This document shows positions 57,599 through 64,000 of a stretch of 64,000 nt of DNA, piece by piece. The DNA is taken from contig CANRPY010000002.1 in NCBI GenBank assembly GCA_947632595.1, forward strand, positions 23,951 through 87,950, given 5' to 3'. The position numbers and the translations under genes are program-made. The notes beneath the pieces were generated by a model. It searched no databases. It had not been told where the DNA came from and was given only the letters and a program-made list of their open reading frames with translations. Every line of letters starts with the position of its first letter. The first letter of the stretch is position 1. The DNA is from an uncultured Bacilli bacterium (GTDB taxonomy: Bacteria; Bacillota_I; Bacilli_A; RF39; UBA660).

Positions 57599-59923
57599 AT
57601 GAAAAGAATTATTAAGGGTATTTCTTGTCTTCTCATTCTTTTAACCTTTCTCTTTTCTTTTTTGCCTTTCTCAGTATTTGCAGCAGGAGAAGAAAGCGGA
57701 CTCTTGGATATTCATCAAAAAGATGCTTCTTTTCAAACGGGAGAGTTAACTTTTTCTCATCTTAATTTTCATGACAATACGAATAATTCTAGTAACTCTT
57801 TTGGGTTTGTTGGAATTGTTTCTAATTTCTCTTCTGTACCAATTTCTTATGTTGCAATCCTATCGTTTTATGATGCTGAAGGCAATTATATTGTTTCTAA
57901 TAAAACCTACGGAGAAGCTCCTGTTGGAGAAAGTACTTATTTTCAATTAATGGACACTAGTATTCTGAATGGTAGAGATGTCAGTGTACTTTCTAAATAT
58001 AAGCTTTTTGTAGAAACTTATTATGATGAAGAGGAAGAGGAAACAATCGATGAGATTACGGATTCCTATAGCCCATCTTATCAAGATTATGAAATTAGTA
58101 AGTATCATGTAGATATTAAGGTTAATGAAGACAATTCTTTTGATATTAAAGAGTCTATTCAAGCAAATTTTTATGTTCATAAACATGGTATTATTCGAAA
58201 TATTCCTTTGAGAAATACTATTCAAAGAGAAGATGGAACTACTTCTTGGAACTTTGCGCGTATTTCTAATTTAAAAGTTAGTGATCCTTGTACTACTTCT
58301 CGAGAAAGTGGAGAATATCAAATTAAAATTGGGGATGCTAAGGAAACAATTCAAGGAGAAAAAGATTATACGATTTCATATACTTATCGTCTTAGTTCCG
58401 ATAAGATCAAAGATTATGATGAACTATATTTTAATATTATTGGGGATCAATGGGATACTTCAATTCGTAATATTACGTTTCGAATTCAAATGCCTAAAGA
58501 GTTTGATTCCAGTAAGTTAGGTTTTTCTTCTGGTACGTATGGTTCTTTTGATAATCATTTGATTTTGTATCAAGTGGATGAAGAGAATCATGTTATTACA
58601 GGAAGTTATGAAGGAGTATTACCAAGTTATTCTGCAATTACTGTTCGTTGTGAATTAGAGGAAGGTTATTTCAAACAAGAAAGAATTTCACTTTCTTTAA
58701 TTCTTATGTATCTTATTCCTCTTCTTTTCCTTATTATTTCTCTTATCTTATGGTTTGCTTTTGGAAAAGATGATCCTGTTGTTGAGACCGTTGAATTTTA
58801 TCCACCTGATAATCTAAATAGTTTAGATGTTGCTTTCTTCTATAAAGGAAAAGCAGATGATAAAGATGTTATTTCTCTTCTGATTTATTTAGCAAATAAG
58901 GGATATATTGAGATTACAGAAAAAGAAAGAGATGGTATCTTTCATCAGAATTTTCACTTTAAAATTACGAAATTAAAAGACTATGATGGAAAAAATTCTA
59001 TTGAAGAGAGATTCTTGAAGGGATTATTTTCTGGTAAGAAAGATCATATCAATAAAAAAGGAGAAGTAAAGCTTGCTAGTGTTACGGATAAGGGATTAGA
59101 AAATAAGTTTTATCGTACTATTAACAATATTTTATATAGTACCAATAAGAAAAAGAATAAGAATTTAATCTTTATGGAAAAACATAAATGGGTAACTTTC
59201 TTTTCCGTTCTTTGTATTCTTCTTTCTACTTTTACAATCATTGCCATTCCTACCCTAAAATATGGATATTTGGATGAAGCGATAGGAGATTTTTTGATTT
59301 TATGTTTGTTTTCTCCTTTCATCTTGTATTCTATCTTTTCACGTTCTATGCCTGTTTTACTTAAACTTCCTATCTTACTGATTCTTTTGCCATTTTTAGT
59401 GATTGTTTTAAGTGTTTCTCTTTTTGGAAAAGTTCTCTCTTCTGATCCTTATTATTTGGTAGGAGCAATCCTTGGATTAAGTTGTGTTATTGGAATGATT
59501 CTATGCTTTGTTTTTCTACCAAAGAGGACTCAATATGGAACACAAATTTTAGGTAGAATTCGAGGATTTAAAAACTTCCTAGAGACTGCCGAAAAAGAAA
59601 AATTAGAGGCATTGGTAGAAGAAAATCCAACATACTTCTATGATATATTACCTTATGCTTATGTATTAGGGGTATCTGATAAATGGATGAAGAAATTTGA
59701 ATCCATTTCTGTTATGGAACCATCTTGGTGTCACTTCGACCGTGATTTTAATTATGACAATTTTCACTCCTTTATGAATTCCACTATGAAAAGTGCAGAA
59801 TCTTCTATGAACTCTGCTCCTGCTTCTGGTAGTTCTTCTGGTTCTAGTGGATTCAGTGGTGGCTCTTCTGGAGGAGGATTTTCTGGAGGCGGCTCTGGAG
59901 GTGGAGGAGGAAGTTCTTGGTAG
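57599..59923 (+). CDS. DUF2207 domain membrane protein (LemA partner) with a Gly/Ser-rich C-terminal tail
   Basis: Signal peptide, large N-terminal ectodomain, multiple TM helices, C-terminal SSGSSGFSGGSSGGGFSGGGSGGGGGSSW. Immediately downstream of lemA. Confidence 0.75.
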   Translation: MKRIIKGISCLLILLTFLFSFLPFSVFAAGEESGLLDIHQKDASFQTGELTFSHLNFHDNTNNSSNSFGFVGIVSNFSSVPISYVAILSFYDAEGNYIVSNKTYGEAPVGESTYFQLMDTSILNGRDVSVLSKYKLFVETYYDEEEEETIDEITDSYSPSYQDYEISKYHVDIKVNEDNSFDIKESIQANFYVHKHGIIRNIPLRNTIQREDGTTSWNFARISNLKVSDPCTTSRESGEYQIKIGDAKETIQGEKDYTISYTYRLSSDKIKDYDELYFNIIGDQWDTSIRNITFRIQMPKEFDSSKLGFSSGTYGSFDNHLILYQVDEENHVITGSYEGVLPSYSAITVRCELEEGYFKQERISLSLILMYLIPLLFLIISLILWFAFGKDDPVVETVEFYPPDNLNSLDVAFFYKGKADDKDVISLLIYLANKGYIEITEKERDGIFHQNFHFKITKLKDYDGKNSIEERFLKGLFSGKKDHINKKGEVKLASVTDKGLENKFYRTINNILYSTNKKKNKNLIFMEKHKWVTFFSVLCILLSTFTIIAIPTLKYGYLDEAIGDFLILCLFSPFILYSIFSRSMPVLLKLPILLILLPFLVIVLSVSLFGKVLSSDPYYLVGAILGLSCVIGMILCFVFLPKRTQYGTQILGRIRGFKNFLETAEKEKLEALVEENPTYFYDILPYAYVLGVSDKWMKKFESISVMEPSWCHFDRDFNYDNFHSFMNSTMKSAESSMNSAPASGSSSGSSGFSGGSSGGGFSGGGSGGGGGSSW

Positions 59924-59937
59924 AACTTCTTTTCTTC

Positions 59938-59968
59938 CAAAGAAAAAGGTATTTTGCAATACCTTTTT
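59938..59968. terminator. Bidirectional intrinsic terminator
   Basis: AAGGTATT-ttgc-AATACCTT hairpin with T/A runs on both sides. Confidence 0.6.
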
Positions 59969-60601
59969 TTAAAACTCTTTTTTGGAAAATGTTTTTAAGG
60001 AGATTCTATAAGAAATATATACCATTAAAATTCCAAGTAAAATAAGAATTTCTATTATATAGCCTTCTAGAAAACTTAGTGTTTTTCCAACAACTGATAA
60101 ATCGATAAAACTTAAGAGTAATCCCCCTACTCCAATTAAACCAAATACCATGATAAAGATAGCAATTCTTGCTTTTTCTACTCCTAATTTATAAATAATT
60201 GGATACATTAATACAAGCATTAAGATGGTGCCAAAAACAGTACCAAGCATTGTAAAACCAATTTTTTCTATTGGGATAGATTTCGTTGTTAAATAAGAGA
60301 TAGCACAAGATAAGATAAAAGTTATTATTGTTGCGATTAGAATCATAATAATTGTTGTGATATATTTTGCTCTTACACTATTTTTTCTACCATTTGGTAA
60401 TGATAGAGAATAGGCATTCCAATTGTTAAAACTATCGTAACTAAATGTTTGAATCATAACCATAACTACCATAAATGGTAAGATGAAGGAAATATCCATA
60501 TCTCCAAAGATTCCCATTGCTACATACAAAAGTGTTAAAAGAACTAATATTTTGATATTGCTTTTCATTACTGCAATATCCTTTTTAATGAAACCTATCA
60601 T
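59969..60601 (-). CDS. ABC-2 type transporter permease (YtrC/D-like)
   Basis: Six TM helices. Overlaps the ATPase gene stop. Confidence 0.55.
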   Translation of the reverse strand: MIGFIKKDIAVMKSNIKILVLLTLLYVAMGIFGDMDISFILPFMVVMVMIQTFSYDSFNNWNAYSLSLPNGRKNSVRAKYITTIIMILIATIITFILSCAISYLTTKSIPIEKIGFTMLGTVFGTILMLVLMYPIIYKLGVEKARIAIFIMVFGLIGVGGLLLSFIDLSVVGKTLSFLEGYIIEILILLGILMVYISYRISLKTFSKKEF

Positions 60602-61458
60602 TATTCTTCCCCCTTTATCATAATGACCATAAAGTCATCTAAAGTAACTTTGTCTACTACATCTACTTTGTATTTTGCTTTAAATTTCTTTTTGTCTTCT
60701 ACTAAGACTTCGTATTCATATTTTGTTTTTCTGTATTTTATAAAATCTTTTTTCTCTATTTTTTGAAATTGTTCTTCTGTACATTTTACAACTCCATATT
60801 TTTCTAATAATTCATTTGTTGTTTCTGATAAGATAATTTCTCCATGGTTGATGAAAGTAATATAGTCAGCAATATGTTCTAGGTCTTTCGTGATATGACT
60901 AGATAGTAGGATAGAACATTCATCATTTTCTATAAAACTTTGGAAGATTTCAATTACTTCTGCACGAGCTACAGGATCCAGCCCACTGGTTGGTTCATCT
61001 AAGATTAAAAGTTTTGGATGGTGTGAGAGTGCTGTTGCAATCTCTAGTTTTTTTCGCATTCCTTTGGAGAATGTTTTTAGTTGTTTGTTTGGTAAAAGGT
61101 CAAACTCTTTTAGATAATCATTATACATTTTAGAGTCCCAATTTTGAAAGACTCCTTTCATAATATCATTTATATCATTTGGAGTAATGATTTCTGGGAA
61201 GAACATATCATCTAAGACTACTCCAATATCTTCTTTGACTTTTGCTTCTTCTTTTCGATTATCCAATCCAAATATTTTAATTTCTCCTTCGTAAGAAGTA
61301 ATGATATTTAAGATTGCTTTAATGGTTGTTGTTTTTCCGGCACCATTTTCTCCAATAAAGCCCATAATCATTCCTTTTGGAAGTTTCATTGAGACATTTT
61401 TTAATTCAAAATTTTCATACTTTTTTCCTACATTTTTTAATTCTAAACTGTATTCCAT
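60601..61458 (-). CDS. ABC transporter ATP-binding protein
   Basis: Walker A GENGAGKTT. Signature FSKGMRKKL. Walker B LILDEPTSGLD. Confidence 0.85.
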   Translation of the reverse strand: MEYSLELKNVGKKYENFELKNVSMKLPKGMIMGFIGENGAGKTTTIKAILNIITSYEGEIKIFGLDNRKEEAKVKEDIGVVLDDMFFPEIITPNDINDIMKGVFQNWDSKMYNDYLKEFDLLPNKQLKTFSKGMRKKLEIATALSHHPKLLILDEPTSGLDPVARAEVIEIFQSFIENDECSILLSSHITKDLEHIADYITFINHGEIILSETTNELLEKYGVVKCTEEQFQKIEKKDFIKYRKTKYEYEVLVEDKKKFKAKYKVDVVDKVTLDDFMVIMIKGEE

Positions 61459-61461
61459 TTG

Positions 61462-61839
61462 TTATTTTTCCTCCTCGTATAAAATTTTTATCATTTCTTC
61501 TAATGTCTTTTTTGGTTCATCTATTTCTTTTGCAATCCATATTGCTTTTTCTAATAATTCTTCTATCTTATTTAATTGTTCTTCTCTTGCAATTTTTCTA
61601 TTGATTTCTGCAACATAAAATCCTTTGGAAGGGACTGGTTTTATATATCCTTCTTTTACTAATTCTTCATAGGCATTTTTGGTTGTAATAACGCTACATC
61701 GTAAGTCTTTCGCAAGAGTCCTGATAGATGGTAGCAATTCATTTGCTTTTAATTCATTTGAGACAATTTTATTTTTCAGTTGCTCTTTAATTTGTTCGTA
61801 GATTGGTACTCCACTTGAGTTACTAATAATAATTTCCAT
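61462..61839 (-). CDS. GntR family transcriptional regulator (YtrA subfamily)
   Basis: Winged HTH LPSIRTLAKDLRCSVITTKNAYEELVKEGYI. Short 125-aa YtrA-type C-terminus. First gene of a GntR-ABC operon. Confidence 0.8.
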   Translation of the reverse strand: MEIIISNSSGVPIYEQIKEQLKNKIVSNELKANELLPSIRTLAKDLRCSVITTKNAYEELVKEGYIKPVPSKGFYVAEINRKIAREEQLNKIEELLEKAIWIAKEIDEPKKTLEEMIKILYEEEK

Positions 61840-61847
61840 ATTCTTTC

Positions 61848-61872
61848 ACCTGTATATACTGATTATATACAG
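61848..61872. promoter_or_regulatory. Perfect 10-bp inverted repeat, candidate YtrA-type operator
   Basis: CCTGTATATA-ctgat-TATATACAGG, 9 nt upstream of the GntR start codon. Confidence 0.5.
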
Positions 61873-61926
61873 GATATACACAGATGTCAATTGTTTTATC
61901 AAAAAAAGAAATACCATTGGTACTTC

Positions 61927-62703
61927 TTATTCAAACTCTAGAATCATTGGTAGATGATCGGATACGTCTTTTTCTAGGACTTGGAAATTTTTTACTGTTA
62001 CTTTATCATTTACAAAGATGTAGTCACAAACAACATTTCCTTTATCTAGTCCATCATCAAATGTAGGACGTGTTGTTTGGATGTGATACTCTTCTATTAA
62101 GTTATGCATTTTTTTATTTAACATTTGAATGCTTTCTGATTCTGGAAGGAGATTGAAATCTCCCACTACGATGCAGGGAATATCTTCTCTTATTCTGGAT
62201 AAAATAAAGTCTGATTGTTCTTTTGTTCTCTCATCCCCTACTTTATCTTTATTCCAGATTCCATGAACATTAATGATTTGTATTTCTTTTCCGTTCTTGT
62301 CGATAATCGCATTTTGAATAGAACGACACCAGTCTTTTTCTCTAAATTCTGTTGCGTCATATTCATAACGATATTCATTATAGTAAAATTCGTTTTTATG
62401 TTCTTTCACTGGATATTTGGATAATAAGAAGTTTCCTTGTTCTGCTTTTCCACCAAAATCTCTCGTTATTTTTCCATTTTTGTTAACACCTTTCGCAACA
62501 AATAAGGGAGCAAATTCATGATAGGGATAACTGTCTATTTTTTCTAATTCGTTTTTTGATTGATATTTTGGAAAACAACTATCTTCTTTTTTATTCATAG
62601 CTTCTTGAAAAGTACAAATATCGGCATTCTCTTCTTTTACAAGATTGATGACTTCTTCATTATTATCTAATTTGATTGAGATATTTAAGTTTAGGAGTTT
62701 CAT
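61927..62703 (-). CDS. Endonuclease/exonuclease/phosphatase (EEP) family protein
   Basis: N-terminal TFQEAM, VVGDFN and the C-terminal SDHLPMILEF EEP motifs. Confidence 0.75.
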   Translation of the reverse strand: MKLLNLNISIKLDNNEEVINLVKEENADICTFQEAMNKKEDSCFPKYQSKNELEKIDSYPYHEFAPLFVAKGVNKNGKITRDFGGKAEQGNFLLSKYPVKEHKNEFYYNEYRYEYDATEFREKDWCRSIQNAIIDKNGKEIQIINVHGIWNKDKVGDERTKEQSDFILSRIREDIPCIVVGDFNLLPESESIQMLNKKMHNLIEEYHIQTTRPTFDDGLDKGNVVCDYIFVNDKVTVKNFQVLEKDVSDHLPMILEFE

Positions 62704-62816
62704 TTTCTCACCTCTTTTTTATTATAGCAAACTTTTCTTATGAATCGTGAATGGAAATCTAGAATTAACTATAGTATAATAATCCTAATGAACGATTTCA
62801 GATAGGAGGTCTTCTT

Positions 62817-63266
62817 ATGAGTGATTCTGAATATATCGATATTGCGATTGAGATTAGTAAGCGTGCAAAATATCCTTATGGAGCCATTATTGTAAAAGAT
62901 GGGAAAATTATTGGAAGAAGTGATGATGCAACTCTAACGGAAAATGGTATGTATTCTCATGCGGAGTTGGAAGCAATTGAGAGTGCTTCTTCTCATAAAA
63001 ATTTATATGGAGACTTAAAAGGTGCTACTCTATATGTTTCTTGCGAGCCTTGTATGATGTGTATGGGTGCTATTCTTTATGAAGAAATTTCAAAAGTTGT
63101 TTATGCAGCTACTTTACAAGATAGCAATGATTTGTATTGTCCAGAGATGATTACCAATATCGAGGAACTTGCGAAGTACGCTAAAAATAAAATCGAAATT
63201 GTAAAAGAGTTTCATAGAGATAAAGCAGTTGAAGTTATTAAGATGAGAGGAGAAAATCATGAATAA
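62817..63266 (+). CDS. Cytidine/deoxycytidylate deaminase-fold zinc enzyme (guanine/nucleoside deaminase-like)
   Basis: HAELEAI...CEPCMMCMGAI zinc-binding H(A)E / PCxxC motifs. Confidence 0.8.
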   Translation: MSDSEYIDIAIEISKRAKYPYGAIIVKDGKIIGRSDDATLTENGMYSHAELEAIESASSHKNLYGDLKGATLYVSCEPCMMCMGAILYEEISKVVYAATLQDSNDLYCPEMITNIEELAKYAKNKIEIVKEFHRDKAVEVIKMRGENHE

Positions 63267-63951
63267 AAATCAAGAAGTGGATGAGATGATGCAGAAAGCC
63301 TCTTCAGAAGAAAAGAGAGAATCTGTCAAAGTAGATTATGATAAAATCGCAGAGGATTATGCTTTGGAATTTGGTAGAAAATATGAAGACTTTGAAGTTA
63401 TTGAAGAGTTTATGTCTTATTTGAAGTCTGGTGCTAAAATACTAGATTTAGGTGGTGGAACTGGTAAGTATACGGATTTGTTTCTTCAAAAAGGGTATGA
63501 TGCTGTTTGTTATGACTTTTCCAAGGAAATGATGAAAAAAGCAAAAGAATTATATCCTAATGTTCCATATCTATTAGATGATATTGTACATGTTAAAAAA
63601 CATTTTTCTAATGAAACTTTTGATGGAATTCTTGCTTTTTACTCTTTATTTCATATTCCTAAAGAAGAAATTGATCAGGTATTTTCTAATATCTATGATT
63701 TATTAAAAGAAAATGGTATCTTCTGTTTTGTTGTACAACTTGGAGAAGGAGAAGATTTTATTGATGAACCTTATTTAAAAGAAGATGGAAAAAATATATT
63801 ATATTTTCATTACTTTACCAAAGAGCAAATTGATTATTTTATTCAGCAACATCATTTTCAAAAATTATATGAAAGCATGAAAGAAGAAGTTGGAGAAAAT
63901 GAACTTGGTGATCTAGGAAATAGCAAAGTATTTGTTATTGTGAAAAAATAG
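63259..63951 (+). CDS. Class I SAM-dependent methyltransferase
   Basis: Motif I ILDLGGGTGKYT. Motif II DGILAFYSLFHI. Confidence 0.75.
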   Translation: MNKNQEVDEMMQKASSEEKRESVKVDYDKIAEDYALEFGRKYEDFEVIEEFMSYLKSGAKILDLGGGTGKYTDLFLQKGYDAVCYDFSKEMMKKAKELYPNVPYLLDDIVHVKKHFSNETFDGILAFYSLFHIPKEEIDQVFSNIYDLLKENGIFCFVVQLGEGEDFIDEPYLKEDGKNILYFHYFTKEQIDYFIQQHHFQKLYESMKEEVGENELGDLGNSKVFVIVKK

Positions 63952-63961
63952 GAGGAGAAAA

Positions 63962-64000
63962 ATGAATCGTTATTTTATTATTCATGGAAGTTTTGGAAAT
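63962..64000 (+). CDS. Partial ORF (N-terminus only), possibly an alpha/beta-hydrolase YdeN-like
   Basis: MNRYFIIHGSFGN... runs off the window edge. RBS GGAGGAG. Confidence 0.3.
   Translation, partial: MNRYFIIHGSFGN

Noticed and set aside
1-64000. CRISPR arrays, integrases, transposases and prophage genes
   Set aside because: No regularly spaced short repeats and no recombinase or transposase motifs were found on either strand. The window looks like core chromosome with a few small accessory insertions.

Overview
This is a chromosomal segment from a low-GC (~28-30%) Firmicute. It looks like a spore-forming, Erysipelotrichia/Clostridia-like organism: the proteins are Lys/Glu-rich, and there are CotJ and YjcZ sporulation genes, a CIRCE/HrcA box at clpB and LemA/DUF2207. 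About 60 protein genes lie almost entirely on the minus strand. Most are housekeeping or membrane functions. Defined RNA elements are tRNA-Gly and tRNA-Cys (minus strand, with their own promoter and terminator), tRNA-His (plus strand), a glmS ribozyme upstream of glmS, and many intrinsic terminators. The clearest unusual loci are: (1) a ~620-nt GC-enriched non-coding transcript (5676-6302, minus strand) with a consensus promoter and a terminator, directly upstream of a small 4-TM membrane protein gene; this is an OLE/OapA-like arrangement, or a new large ncRNA; (2) two tandem ~90-nt structured repeats with a recurring CCGTGTT motif upstream of an ABC-2 transporter operon, next to an orphan DUF3800/RNase-H-like gene with converging short terminated transcripts; (3) a 765-aa sigma-70 factor with three region-4-like HTH units, next to an XRE-HTH membrane protein; (4) an operon of a single-domain Clp-D1-like AAA+ ATPase, a zinc-ribbon membrane protein and a UDG-like protein; (5) an ABC-F ATPase with co-degenerate ATP site 2; (6) a Fic/VbhA-like toxin-antitoxin pair with a non-canonical Fic motif. 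No CRISPR array, integrase or transposase was seen.
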